A stretch of DNA of 64,000 nucleotides from Monocercomonoides exilis PA203 (lineage: Eukaryota; Protista; Preaxostyla). Shown here piece after piece: positions 1-14,338 of this stretch. Position numbers and translations under genes: made by a program. Position 1 is the first letter of the stretch. Every line of letters begins with the position of its first letter. The stretch covers positions 620,001-684,000 of the forward strand of contig LSRY02000021.1 in NCBI GenBank assembly GCA_001643675.2. Direction: 5' to 3'. The notes below the pieces were generated by a model that saw only the letters and a program-made list of their open reading frames with translations, made no database searches and was not told the DNA's origin.

Positions 1-3000
1 ATTCGTATATTTTCCTTCGCACTCGTTCATTCCCAGTCACAACAACAATCGTTTTTCGTGGAGCACCTCAGCGTGTGCTGAGAGTGGCAGTGAAAATAGC
101 TCGTTTCTTACTTTCATGCTTACGCACCATGCTTGCAGACATAAACTATTGGATGATGTCGTTTCTTCATCCGTCATCTCTCTTCACTGAACAGTCTCAA
201 CTTGATCGGCTTCGTCTGTCAGGAGTTCCTGTTTTGAATCTGGTTGGAAATAAACAAGGAGACAACACTAATGCAGCATCTTGTGATAGTCACAATAAAG
301 GAACTTTTAATTATTTTGATAACAGCTCAAAAATCTTTTCATCATTAAATCCTCAATTCCCCCATATTTCAACAGAAAAATTTCCATATTCTTTTCCATT
401 AATTTCTTCCAACAATAATTCAACAGAGCGTCCTTTGTTTGTCTCCATTCAGAACACAGCTTCAGATCGTGTTGATGCCTTTTATCGTCTTTATCAGTTT
501 GTTGTTTTGCTCCAATCTCTCGAACAAGCTCTTCCGGAAACTGAAACATCATCCGATTCCAAAAAGACCATGAGACAATTTTTGGAAGAAAACCAGATAA
601 ACATCTGCCGCACTTTCTCTCAGAGATATTCGTTGAAACAGACAGATGATACCCTTCATCCTCAATCTTGTTCTTCACAAGGTGAGCAGATTGCTGAACA
701 CGATAATGAGAACAAGACAACGTCTTCTTCTTATGCTTCTTCAGATTTTAAATCTTCGCTATCTTTTTTAAATTCAACTTCATTTTTCCCTTTCAATAAA
801 TACTTTCCAAATTCTTCATCTTCTAAAACTCCATTTGATCTCGATTTCTTTGCATCTGATAGCTTTGATTTTACTCTCAACACTTTATCGCCAGCTCAGC
901 AGTTTAATGTGGCTGTTCTAATATTTCATTTGAGATTAATGCTGAGGGCAGATCCAAATACTAGTTTATTTGGGGAAAATGTTTCTTATCAAAATGTAGA
1001 AAGGAGGAGTGTTTTGGAAACCTGTTCAGAAAATTCTTCATCCACAACACAACAAAAGGCAGATTGTGGGTCGGTTGATAAAAAAAGAAACAAGATTTCT
1101 TATTTTGCTCCTTTTCCTCTTCCCCGCTGGATGGAAAATGTGCATGTTTCATTCTCCTCAATATTGTCAGGAACAAGTAAACCTCATCTCCCAAGAAACA
1201 CACGAACTGTTTCTGAAATCGAAACGGATCGAAAATTGCTCCTCAGTCTTTTTAAAAAGGAAGCAAATGCTGGGAAAGAATGCTCGAATTGTAATCAAAT
1301 TGAGAATAAGGTGTTCAACACATATGCTTTATTTGACCCACGTTTTATTGGAATAAATAAAGAATCGGCTTCCATCAAGAGTGAAGAAGCACATGAAAGT
1401 GTACCTATTCAAAATAAAGAGAAGAGCTCTGAAAACCATAATAGGACTTCGGATTCTGACTCTTCAGTTTATCAGCATCCAAGAAAAAGAGCAGAAATGA
1501 TCATGGACCAGTTTCGACCGTTGGTTATTCAAAGGATGGTGGAAACATGGAATCATTCACAACAGTTGCAATCATTTGCGCTTGAATTGGTAAACGAATC
1601 ATCTTTTGAAGGATCTTCTCCACATCTCAATGCATCATTCTTGCATCCTTCCCCTGCTTCTTCATTTACACCCGGTCATGATACAGTATTTCCTTCTTCA
1701 TTTTCTTCTTTATTCGCTGTTTTATCGCTTTTATCCCCTAAAAATCAATCAAAACTTCTGAAAGCTTCACTTTCTCAAATCAGTAAACATTTTCCTTTGT
1801 ATGTTTCGCTGACTCCGAAATTCACATTTCCTCTTCTTTTTTTCTCTGTTTCTTTTCCTTGTTGCTGCGGTCCAGCAAAATTATTGTCGCATTCTGACGA
1901 TGGCAATTCCTTTTCATCCACATGTGGCACCAACACTCTTTTGAACTCGGTTAATGTTGCATTAATATCTCCCACTCCTTTCCCAGTTCAGCTTCCGTTT
2001 TATAACCAAAAGCGCAGAAAGAAGACGAAACATTCATTATTTACCAATTCAGTGAAAAAGAAGCCACCTTTGTCACCAACTGGAAATAAGACAGCTCCAT
2101 CAGAGCAGACATTTGCAGAGCGCTTCTTTCAGAATTCATTTGTAAAAGAAGTGTCGCCTTTGGTTTCAGATCCAAAAGAATTATCAAAAGATGAAAGTGG
2201 GAGTAGTCAACAAACTGTTATTGAAACAAAGGAGAACGAAACACTTTCTGAAACAACTGCTGCAAACAAACAAATATTGTCACAAGTTACATCAATGTCT
2301 TCTGAAGACTCACCATCTTCTCCTTCATCAGCATCAATATTCCGACAGTATAAAAATCCTCTGGACCATATCTCTCTTCCTCCTCTTTCTTCGTTTTCCA
2401 TTGATCTTCAGAGTTCTCAATCCTTTACGGTTGTGTACTCATCTCGAATTTTATCCACTCGCTCGTTTTGCACCCGTTCCCAGAGGCTGAACTTGCATTT
2501 GTTGCATGCTCCCGCTGTACACACATTGGGACATTATCTCCTAACTCGTTTGCATTCTCACCCAACATGCTTAAAGTGCGGGAATAGTAAACTTGATCAT
2601 TTGGACACATTTGAAGTGCTCGGATTCAAAATAGACGCTTTTGTCGAACCAGCATCAACCGTCCAAAGGGCAGTTTCTGCCTCGTCCACTTCTTCTTCGA
2701 CGTCATCTTCTCTTGTCTCGTTTTCGTCTCTTCTCTCATCTCCAGTTTCATCGACAATATCTACTTCTGGAGGAAGTGGTGCAGATTTAGGTAGTTATGG
2801 AGATAGGGAAAGAGATAAAAGTAGAATCAAAAATGCTTTTGGTTCTAACACAGAAAGGATTGGCACCGAGCACATTACAACATGGAACAGATGTCGTTAC
2901 TGCCGCAAACAGCTATCTCCTCGTGCAGTTGTTTCTGAAGAGGTTCTTTCAATGCCACTTGCACGCTTTCTTGATCTTGCGATGCATCTTGGACAGTGCA

Positions 3001-6000
3001 GGACTATCCCATTCAATTTCTGTGATACTCATGTTCCGTTTTCCGCAGATTCATTGCGCAACAAGAGTCATTCTGCATCAATTCAAATAGAATATTCACA
3101 GGATTCAGATGCAAGAATGAGTTATTCAACAAATTCAAGTGCAAAGCCTTATTTCGCAGATGGTTTACAAAAGAGTAAAGCTACAAATACTTCTGAAATA
3201 TTTTCTCACAAACAGCCGACTAACTCTTCTTCAATTTCATTCCTTCGAACTGAAGATACCAAACAAAGCAGTCCTTTATCATTCCCTTCGGAAAAAACAG
3301 AAGCTATAGAACCAGATAACAAAGTTGAACCAGCACAAAAAGAGAAAAATACTTCACTTTTTTCACAAGAAGACAAGCCCCATGTTTCTTTTGGTACTTT
3401 TGCTACAACCACAGAATCTTCTGCACACTCTTCGATATCCCAACATTCTTCATCAACAAATCTTCAGACCATTCCGCTTGTATCAAATGATCCACTTTCT
3501 TCATTTTTGAGCGAAGCGGACATTTCATTTAACAAACCAAAAAAGTCGTATCTTTCTACAATTAGTCACGCTAATTCTCCAGTTGCAACATCCACTTCTA
3601 TATCTCCAGCATCATTTTCTTCTCCGTCTAAAACTCGATTGATTTCTTCTACGCCCAGATTGTCTTTTCCTTCAATTTCACAGAAGTTTGCACCATCAAT
3701 TCTTTCGTTTTATTCTGTTGCGGCAACATCTTTAATCTCACCTCCAATAACATTTTGTGGAGAAGGGTATCGAGATATACACAATTATGAATGGCGCTGG
3801 ATTGAACTGCCCTTCTGTGAATGCTCAAAAGAGACATTTTCAAATACGTATAAGAATTTGTTGAGAAAACGCGCAAAAAAGAACTGTGGAACGAAAGAAC
3901 AGATTACTTGTCTGAGCGATGAAAAAACATCGCTGAATCAAAATGGAAATAACTCACCGTGCGACGAAGATCATCTTCGCAGCGGAAATGCTTCATCAAG
4001 TAAGCAAGAAGAAAAGGAGATTTTGAAAGCAAAGCACATACGAGAAGAATTTGAATCTCACAGTCAGATGCGCATTGGTTGTGATTTATGGCAGAGTCAT
4101 CAGATAAAGGAATATAACCAAACACTGAATTCGCATTTATCTAATTTTGATCATCAAACAGTCAACTCAGCATCAATTATAGATAATAAAAAAATGACAA
4201 GACAAAACGTAGAAGATGCTTCTGCAAAAGACAAAGAAGCAAATTTGTCGATTTTTGATACACAGCGAAAGGCTATGACTTCTAATTCTCCATCAGTTTC
4301 GGGATCAGCCAACATAGCTTCTTCAATGTTTCCTGACCAAATACAAGTAACTCCTCATATTTCGACGTTTGGGCATTCAACTCCAGTTTCGGCTCCTTTA
4401 TCGCCTCGTTCGATACAAAGTGCCACAAATACAGGGAAAACAGAGCAAAGTTCATTTACAGCTCATTATGCGAGTAATGATACAACCTCAACAAGTTTAT
4501 CTCCTGCCACACAGGCACAGTGTTGCGACCACCTATCGTTCCTGAATGTGGCTCAGTGCTTTGCTCTTCGCGACTACATTGTCATCTTTGAACCTTCAAT
4601 TTTCTTGCCATCTGCATTGATAATCCCACCCGTTTCAATGCCATGGAACTTGGAGACAGAATGGAAGCGCTTTGAGATCCAGCACTCTGCAGTTTGGCAT
4701 TGCTGTAATCTTCTTTTCCACACCATTCGGTCGCGTTTATGCGGAACTCGTATGGTTCCAGGTGAAATTGGAGTCTGCGCAACTTCATTGCTTAATCTTC
4801 TGGACGAAGAAGAATTATATATTAGAACGTACATTAATGATTGCTACTTCCACAAGGAAGCTTATCAGCTTACTAGCTACACAAATGCTGAAATATCTTT
4901 CGGCGTTGAAAACTCTTGTCAACAAAACTTCTCATCGTTCTTTTCTCGAATTGAACAGGAGCCTTTGTATATGCAAGAGCGAAGAAAGATACTTCCAGAG
5001 CATCTATTACATATTTATTCACATAAAGATAGTCAACATAGGAGTGATAATTACAACTCTCAATTTTCAAGTGGATGGAAAAGCACTTTGATAAATTTTT
5101 ATGCTATATCCTTTATAAAATGTTCTCTTGTGATGTTGTTCATGACGTGGAAAGAACGATTGAATACATTAAGAACGATGTACTTCAAGATAGTTCCTGC
5201 CATTTTGAAAAGCCAACAACAGAAAAAGCTGCAACAACAGAAAGAATCTTCCAGTCAAAAGTCAAAGCAAAACAAAGAAAAATCAAAACAATCTTCAACA
5301 TCAAAAAAGAAAAAAACAGAAAAAAGCTTTTCGGCATCAACAATGAATAATGAAAAAGAATGCGCAGAAAAGAAAGAGGTTACAAAAGACAAACCACATT
5401 CTGAACATCATCGACAACATCAATCTAAACACAAGCATCACCTGCGCCTTGATCATCCGCATCATTCAGCTCATAAGCATTTAAGTGCACCCGGGACGCA
5501 TCAACATCACGGAGAGTGTAGCAGTTCATCAAAAGAAGCCAACTCTCCCCAAACAGCATGCTCAGCCACATGCGGATGTATGCTAAGCAATAACGAAAGT
5601 GAAGTGAAGAGTACTGAACAATTTATTGAAGCTTCTTCGATTTATCAAAAATCAAGCAATTTTCAGAACGATCGAACATTTCTTTCAGATGGTTCAGATG
5701 GTGTTCCACTTAAGTTTGGTGAACTTGAAAATAGCCACCATGAGGAAAACGAAAATAGCAAACCGGAGCTGAAGAATCAACAAATTCATAAACAAAACAT
5801 CGAAACAAATGTTAAAAACAAAAGCTCATGCACAACGCTACCAACTTCTATGGATGCCACATCGCCATATCCTGGTTCATTTTCAAATGCTTGCTTTTCA
5901 CTTCCATTACCCTCATCATCTTCATCAAATGAATCAACTCCTGTAATATCCGATTATTCTGCATTAACAGCAACCTGTGCAACTCCAATTACACTTTCTT

Positions 6001-9000
6001 CTCAATCACCCACTATGGTTGCTACAACACCTAATGTTGGTTCATCGTCTATATCTTCATCAAACGATGTAAGCAATATTTCCACACAACAATCATCATT
6101 CTCCTGCACTTCAGCTTCTCAAAATGCTCCACCAACTCAGAATTTAATTGCAAGAAAACAGTCGTTTTCTTCAAATGAAAAAACGTCGCCTCTTCGACAA
6201 TTTGACAGTGGTGAAATCAATTCTCCAAAAGAGCAGTCTTTTTCAAACGATAAAACCCAATTTCAATGTGCAAACGGAAGCATTAAAGACACTTCGGATC
6301 AATCACCACAGGACGGATCTGACACATCAAATGCTTCAATAAGTTCAAGAACAAGAAGCTCAAGAAGCTCAAGAAGCTCAAGAAGCTCAAGAAGCTCAAG
6401 GGCATCCTCATTTTCTCGATCTTGTTCAAGTCGTTCATCATCTCGCAGAGAAGATAGCGACTCGAACCATTCTTCATCCTACTCTTCTTCGTTAAGTTCA
6501 TCCTCTGAATTTTCTCGTACAGGCTCATTTTCTTCATCTTGTTCGTCCAGTTTCTCATCAAATGACTCGTCTGATGATGGCGATCTCTCGTCCTCGAGCA
6601 GTGAATCAAGCTCAACAAGTCATCCACTTGATTCACAGCTAAAGATAACATCTTCTCATCTTGCCGCATACAATGCACTGCAGATCCTCTCTGATATACC
6701 AGTAAGACAGTCTGAAAGCGGCGAGGAAGAAGAAGAGGAGGAGGAAAATGAAAATGAGGAAGAGCAAGAAGATGCGAATGAGCAATCTGCATCAAGTTCT
6801 TCTCGTAGGCATTTTTTCCGCTCAGCAATAAAGAAAAGGCTTACAAGCATTACACACGGCAAAAATGACAGTAAAGACAGTTATATGGAAACGCTTCAAG
6901 ATGCTTCGTTGATTGACATGCTTGAGCAGATGCACGCAAATGAAAAACTACTCGCGCAAGCAGACAAACAAAAGGAGCATTCAATCCGAAGGTCTCATAA
7001 ACAACATCACAGCAGAACTGGAAAAGACAATATATCAGCCCATTCGCATAATAGGCATCACTGTCACCATCACAAATATCAACATCATTTGCATGGCAGT
7101 GTCAAGAGTAACCACCGCAGCCTTGCACATTCGCTCAGTCTTCACCGATCTTTAACTGGTGCAAGTTCAATTGCACAAGTAAGAATTTCAGACGGTCAAA
7201 CAACAAGTGTACTTCCATCACCATCAGCTTCTTCATTAACGCCATCAATCATTCCTCAAATTTCAAATGATGCTGTTCAACCAGCCCCTCTTATTCCATT
7301 TTGTGGAGACTCACAACAAACAACGACTCAATTTTCAGAGATGAAGCAACTATCGCCTCAAATAAAAGAAGGACAGTCAGATGAATCAAAGGAAGCTGTA
7401 TTAGATTCATGTTCACAACAAGTTGAACCGCCTTTATCATTAGAAAACAATACAAAAATTTCCGGAACTCTTTCTCAGTCAACAGTTGCTTCTGAAGGAG
7501 TTTCACTTCTTTCTTCAAATATACAAGCTGAACAAAATACTTCAAGTTCACCGTCTTCCACGCATTTTCTTTCTTCCGCACTTTCTCCTGTGCCTTCGTT
7601 GCAATGCCAAACTGGCTTATCTCCAGCTACAACACCAACTATAAATGCAAAAACTGAAACAGAAAAAAATATTGCAAACGATTCTTTTGCTGCACCTGAG
7701 TCCAGAGTGGGTTCAATTCATTCTCGCCAAAAAGGTTCTTTTTCTTCAAAATCATTCGGTGAAGCTCACGCAGATGCATCCGCTCTTCGGGAAACAACTC
7801 CAAAGAAAGGAGTTCATCACCGTCATCATCATACAAAATTGTCAAGAAAAACAGAAAAGAAAGGCAAACGCAACCTTCGTTCGCATAAAGAGTCAAACGA
7901 ACTTTCTTCAATGAGCCACATGGCATCTGCTGCAGCAAAGTCGTTCCAGATTCTGAGGTTGGGTCTCGATCAAACATTGCTTTCATTTTCACAGTACGAA
8001 AAGGATGTAGAAAGGAAGCTTCTACCAACTTTTGAAGAGATTATGGTGAGCAACATGATTCTCAATATGAACGAAACTCGTAGATTGATAAACAAGGAAA
8101 TAAAAGAGCACCCCAAAGCAATCAGCAAAAATGTGTTTAACGATGCAGAGTTAACATTGGCATCATCAGGAAAAACTCCGAGAATTGACAGTTCGGATAC
8201 TTATCTTCAGCATCGTTCTGATCAGCTTTTACCTGCGCTTCCAGTTAGGAATGAACAGAATGCAGGAAATGTGTTGTTTGAGATGAAATCTGAGGAGGAC
8301 AATAAATCTGCTCTTTCGGAAGCATCTCCTTCTCTTGCAAGTGTTGCAACATCTCCTTCAAATGCTCATTTATCCGGAGCATCTTTGGCAGCCTCATCTT
8401 GTGGTATTCCTCAAGAGACTGTTGCCCATGCAACTCCGCTGCTAACTTCCTCTTCTCAGAGTGATTCAGCATCTAATCTATCCCGCAGTAATTCAACTAC
8501 TTCAAGTCAAACATCTCAAAAGAATGCGATTACTCCTCGTTCTGCTGACAGTCGTCTTTCTCCAGTTGGTGCCTCTTCACAGTCGAACCCTTCAACAGTG
8601 AATGCACTTCCATTAGATGATAATCCACCATCTTCTTTTTCTGGAAGTTCTCCACAATCAATGCATAGGAGTCATCTTGTTCCTCCGCTTGCACTGCCTC
8701 TTCCACAAGCACAACTGACGTATCGCACAAATACAAACAGTTCAAGCATGACTCAGCAAAATATATATGCAAGCAACTCATCAACTCCATTACGATATCA
8801 GCATCATTTGCATCATAACAGTAACGAATCTGCATTTTCCATTCGCCAATGGTTGTTCCCAAGATACAATTTTTATATGACAACTGCACATTCTTCTGTC
8901 TTGTCGATCCAATCACCGCCTGCTTCTGATCCATCTTCTTCAAATCAAAGTCCGAACAATTTCATGACACTTTCAAATGTTAAGCAATCCCCTCAAATAA

Positions 9001-11378
9001 TACAAAGCTCACTATACAACGAAAACCGCATGAATGCAACAGAATTCAATTTAGCAACATATCCTTTTAATTTACCTGTTTCTCCATACTTTCAATCTCA
9101 AATAAATTTCGGATCACAATTGAATACACAATTATCAAGTCAAACACCAAACTCTTTTAATGCCCAATCTTCAGTATCGTCAACTTCATTTGTTCAACAA
9201 ACAGCCAGCCAAAAACAGCAAGAAAACAGTTGCATCTCTCCAAGCCTTCCTGTCCTTCATCCATTCTTGCATCAGGGAAGATTTGGAGAACAGATTCTTG
9301 TGAATGAAAACGAGACAACATCATTCATTGCATATGTGCTGCTTACAAACGAACACCACAACCACATCGTCCACCGAGCGCAGGAATGCATCAGCTTCTC
9401 GGAGTTTGATGAGAACGATAATGACTGCATTCCTCCATCTGCGTTTATGCAGCCTCGAAGCATGACAGGAGTTTCACAAGCTTATCCTTCTTCATTAGGA
9501 AATCCACCACTAATTTCCAATTCCTCAGCAAGCTACTCTGCAATTGCAGGTTCTGATGACAGAGTAAACCATCAAAAGAACTTACCTGCCGAAAAAGCAG
9601 ATGATGAAACGAAATCAGCAAATCCTTCAGCATCAACTTTAAATCTTCAAAATCAGGGTATTAATCAAGCTCAGTTAGCTACTCAACATCAAACTCAAAC
9701 ATCTCCTACAATTCTTGCTAAAGAAAATGAAACACTAAAAACAGGTTCAAGTTCAAGTGAATCTCCGATCATATCTCAATCTTCTAAAGCATCAGGCATT
9801 TTCTCAGATTTCCAATCATCTCAAGCACAATCTCAAAAAATGACTTCTTTGGATAAAAGCTTAGTTTCTCAAATAGTTCGTTCTTCACAGAACATGAACT
9901 CGTACGTATTACGTAATTCCTCCATTTCTCGTGTTCCGTCGCCGCTGCCTGCAAAATCATTGGCAATCGCAACAACCCCAAAATTTTCTGTCCAGACATT
10001 ACCTTCTCCCTCCCCATTTCCCTCTCCAACCCTTCATCCATCTCCAAGTCCATCTCCTTATTTTTCTCAGTCTTCTTCGCTTTCTCGTCATTCGATCTCT
10101 CCAATGCAAAGTGTTTCTCCCTCTCTTATGTCTGCTTCTGCATCCTTATCTTATTCTTCTTTATCAACTCCTATTTCTTCATCCAATTCCCATCACCCTC
10201 GCTATGCAGCTCCAACTTCAATCAGTACTAATACAGCACTTGTTCCACAAGAGATCACTTATCCCTTTGCTTTGACTGATCCTATCCTCTCTACGGCAAA
10301 GCTGCAGCAGAAGTGTTTGATGTTCCGTGATCGAGATGACTTCATCTACACAATCGAGGATGACACACTAACAGTTGTATGCACTCTGCATTATGCACTC
10401 CAGTTCTACGCACTCCGCTCGCGCGTCATCGGAAACAGGAAATTTATTCAATCGATGCTTCAGTGCAAGCCGATGCATGCGAAAGGCGGGAAGTCTGGGG
10501 CAGAATTCTTCAAGACTATGGACGAGCAGTTTATCATGAAGAAGATCGGGACAAAGGAGATGAAGCAGGTGCTGGGCACAGCCGCAGAGTACTTCGAGCA
10601 TTACTCCGAAACGTACTTTGACGGAGAGCCATCATTGTTGATGCCCTTCTTTGGCATTGTGACAATTGATCGGCGTGCATCTGCGGCGCTGGGTCGGAAG
10701 TCGATGCAACATTTTGTGATAATGCAGAATCTGTTCTACGACAAGGAGATTACGCAGGCATTTGACTTGAAAGGATCAGTGCGATCGCGCTATGTGAAGG
10801 ATGGCGGCGGAGAAGGATCTGTTCTTCTCGACTCAAACTACATCGAGCGCATGTTCAGTCAAAAGCTGGCGTTGGAAGATCGAAACTGGAACAAAATGAT
10901 TGTGTCGGTGGAGAGAGATGCACACTTCTTGGAATCAATTAAAGTTGTGGATTATTCGCTTCTCGTAGGCGTTGACTCACACACAAACACGCTATGCTGT
11001 GGAATAATAGATTATATTCGGCAGTTTGATTTTGAAAAGCAGTTAGAGGTTTGTATTGGACTAAATATTGATCTTGCTTATCAAAAAAATACTTTTATTT
11101 TGCAATTAAAATGTATATTTTGAATAATTTAAATAAAAATTAATTATATGCATTTCATTTTATTGATTAAACCATGATTTTCATTTTCTGATACTTTGTA
11201 TTGATATAATAAATGTATATAGTCAATGGTAAAGAAAAGTGGCATACTGGGGCAAGGATCGGTAGCGCCTACAATCGTCAAGCCAAGCGAGTATTGCGAG
11301 CGATTTCTCATCTCTGTTCGCAATTATTTTACGTCTATACCATCCAAATTTGCATCTGTCGTACTTCCCAATTTTTGA
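1..11378 (+). CDS. FAB1: 1-phosphatidylinositol-3-phosphate 5-kinase (Fab1/PIKfyve-like), 5' end outside window; intron 11049-11222
   Basis: The frame is open from the window edge (TIVFRGA...LRVAVK resembles the end of the CCT-like domain). Cys-rich CCR fragments are present (TLGHYL...C..C, TWNRCRYC...MPLARFL). The C-terminal PIPK domain has GGKSGAEFFKT.D.QFIMK, MQNLF, FDLKGS.RSR, DYSLLVG and GIIDYIRQF. Splicing GTTTGT(11049)...TAG(11222) adds SMVKKSGILG..PTIVKPSEYCERF..YF, the Fab1 activation-loop end, with TGA at 11376-11378. Confidence 0.92.
6352..6400 (+). repeat. In-frame 9-bp tandem repeat (CAAGAAGCT)x5 encoding (SRS)n in Fab1
   Basis: Directly visible perfect tandem copies. Confidence 0.95.
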
Positions 11379-11807
11379 AAATGATATGATACAAGCAAGC
11401 AGGTGTTTTCAATGCAAACATGAAACTGCTTTGAGAGCTATATTCATTTATTAGTTTATAATTTTATTTGATAGATAGGGTCTTGCATTTTCAGAAAATG
11501 TGAATTATTTGGTTCCTTTTTATGTTGACAGTTTGTCTATTATTCAAAATTTTGTGTTTGTTAATGTTTTCTTCAAAAATAATAAAAAATTAAAATGAGA
11601 GTAACAAACGCAAAGAATCGAAATTTTATAAGGCAACTCTTGCCATTGCTTCAAAAAAGAATAAATTTCAGAAAACAGTAAGTCAGCAAAAAACAATGAA
11701 ATGAAAAGAATTAAATGAAATGCGAATTAGAACACAAAGAACGCAGAAGATTGGAATAAAGATGAAAAGAACACTCTGCTTATGTTCAATAATTGTAAAA
11801 AATAAAA

Positions 11808-12432
11808 TCAAATTGATAAGTCTCCCTGGAAAGTTGGGATAGTAACTCCTTCTTCTCTTTCTTTCAGTTCATGTGCATCTGAGAGCAGTTATTGATTTGA
11901 AATCAAAAATAATACAATTTTTTAATTTAAAAGAAATCAAACCCTGCCAAATTAAACAAGGCCCACAAAACCAGCTCATGCAGAATGTACCAACTGTGCT
12001 GATTGGAATGTGGAATCGTTCAGCAATACTTTTGTGCATTACAAATTCACAGCACATAGAAAAGAACATTGATGTAAAACAATTACCGAACGTTACAGAT
12101 GGCTCTTTATGAAATCTTTTTCTATTTTCCATAAGTTGGCACATTGGGCAAATGCATCCCAATGCTAAACGAAAAAATTTGTAATTCAAAAAAGATCACA
12201 TCAAACGATAACATTAAGTTTTTTCAAATACTATATTATTCACACTTCCAACAGATTTACAATTTGTACCAAGAGAAAAAGCAGTGGAATGCCAAAAATT
12301 ATCTTGCTTTTGGTATTCAGTATGATCGTACATTGGAAGTCTAATCCCGTATCAAGCAAAAATAAAATTAAAGATACACAAATAGTCTTTTTAAACAGCA
12401 GTAACAAACCGTTGATCGTCAGAAAAATCCAT
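11808..12432 (-). CDS. PLAC8 / Cys-rich family protein (4 exons)
   Basis: Manual splicing with donors GTTTGT, GTGTGA and GTTTGA gives MDFSDDQRLPMYD...FWHSTAFSLGTNCKSVGTLGCICPMC...SIAERFHIP...FCMSWFCGPCLIWQDAHEL...*. This matches the PLAC8 pattern W.s....C....C.CP.C and R..I...C..C.PC...QE..EL. Confidence 0.8.
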
Positions 12433-12651
12433 GGTGACAAATCTCAATCCGATCAACTTTACCAATTTTATGTTCAGTTATTGATTTAACCAACTTCAAA
12501 TATGCAAAAAATGTTTAACGATATTTTTGACAGAATATTAATTTTTCGAATAAATGGAAAGAAAACAAACAATTATGTTCGAAGCATTATTAGTTAAATA
12601 GATATAGCTATTTATGGGTGAAACGCAAATCGAAAATACAAGTGTTTAACG

Positions 12652-14338
12652 ATGGAAAAAGAAACACCAAAAAAAGATAACAGCGTTCAAAATTTAAGCA
12701 CTCCTTCTAAGTCCCAGAATACTCCACGAAAAAGAAAATCCAAAGTGGCCGAAAAAACACCTGCAAAAGAGATAAATGCTGAATTATCAACTCCAAAGAA
12801 ATCTGACAAGCATGAAGAAACACAAAATCATATTGAAGTTCAACAAGTTACACCACTGAAAACATCAGTCCAGAAGCAAGAATCTGAAAGTAAACCTTTG
12901 GTTACTGAGACACCAAAAAAAGTATCAGTTTCGATAACACCTGAAGCCAAAGTTAAAACACCACTCAAAACACCAAAGAGCTCAAAGTCAAACAAAACAT
13001 TGAAAACTCCAGAAAGCAAAAGAATGATAAATGAAGAAACCCCAAAAAAAGCTGAATCAACACCAAAAATCGAAAATGCAACACCAAAAAAAGAGCAAAA
13101 GAAAGTTTCAGACACTCCTTTAAAAACAGAAAGCAAACTTGCAAAACTTCTTGCAGATGCTGAAGCAAAACTTGATGACGAAGAAGAAGATGACGAATTT
13201 GTTCCTGAGGAACTCAGCGAAGAGGATGAAGATATTGACGAAGAGGACGAGGACATAGAAATTGAAGAAAACTTAGATGAAGTTGCAGATGAAAAAGTGG
13301 AAAGTGAAAATATTAATACATCGGCTGCGTCAAATGCGATGGATATTGAACCAACCAATTCTGCAAGTGTTTCAAATGAGGCTGAAGGTGGGAAAGGAAA
13401 AAAGAAACAAAAGAAAGACAAGACGCAAAAGAGCTTGAAAACTGAAGAGGGACAAGATTCAGAGAAAACGCCTGCTGAGAGTAATTCCGAGCAAAATCCG
13501 AAAAAACCAGATTATAAAATTATTATCTTTTGTAATATTCCAGAGTCATGGAACGATGCAACATTTAAACGCTTTGCACAATTATTTGGACCTGTAACGT
13601 TTGTATTTATTTATTATAAATTAAAAATATTTAAAGTTTTAAAACTTATTTTTTTTCCTTTTTTATTGACCTTGCTGAATTACTTCATATTAATTTTTCG
13701 AAATCCAAATATTGCACAATTTCTACGCTTCACATTCCAACTGCCTTTGTATTTACAGATCAGCGAAGTTAAGCGACAAGAAAGCCAAAGAAGGAGAAGT
13801 GAGATTCGAGAGCTATCACGGTGCTCTGAAGGCGCTTCTGTCTCAGGACCTCCTCAGCTCAAAAGGAATATACGCACGGCATGGACACGATATGGTATCT
13901 GAGAAAAACCAAATCGACAGCTTCTTTAAAAAGCATAACGGAGGAGCTAAAAATGCTGCGACAGAAGAAACAGAAAAAGACTTGAAAGAGAAGCGCGAAG
14001 CAAAAGCCGAAAAGAGAAGAGCGAAAAAAGAAAAACATCTTCAAAAAATGAGAGAAGCAGAGAATTTGCCAGGTGGAGCGAAGCTTTTCATCACAGGCCT
14101 TCCGAAAGCCAGCAATCCTGGTTCGCTTAGAAAGACATTGGAAGGGTGCAATCCAGTTAACATCCGGAAAAACGTGAAGAACGAAGAAGGCAAAAACAAA
14201 GAAGAGGTAGTTGTTGTGTTCTCCTCAATGGAAGATGCCAAAAAAGCACAAAGCGTTTTGTTGGATGGGCCACTTAAGGAAGAGATAAAAATGGAATTGA
14301 TCAAGAATGAGGCAAATGAAAAGAAGGAAAGCAATTAA
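12652..14338 (+). CDS. Nucleolin-like RNA-binding protein (TPxK repeats, acidic tract, 2 RRMs); intron 13599-13758
   Basis: Joining ORFs 12652 and 13712 via GTTTGT...CAG gives RRM1 (IIFCNIPESW...FGPVTSAKL...GEVRFES) and RRM2 (KLFITGLP...VVVFSSMEDAKKA). The N-terminus has more than 12 TP-basic motifs followed by a D/E run. Confidence 0.72.

Noticed and set aside
11049-11123. ORF-track C-termini such as Fab1 VCIGLNID..., and split ORFs of ZPR1, the E2, PDI and PLB-like genes as frameshifted pseudogenes
   Set aside because: All are explained by in-frame GT-AG introns restoring conserved motifs.
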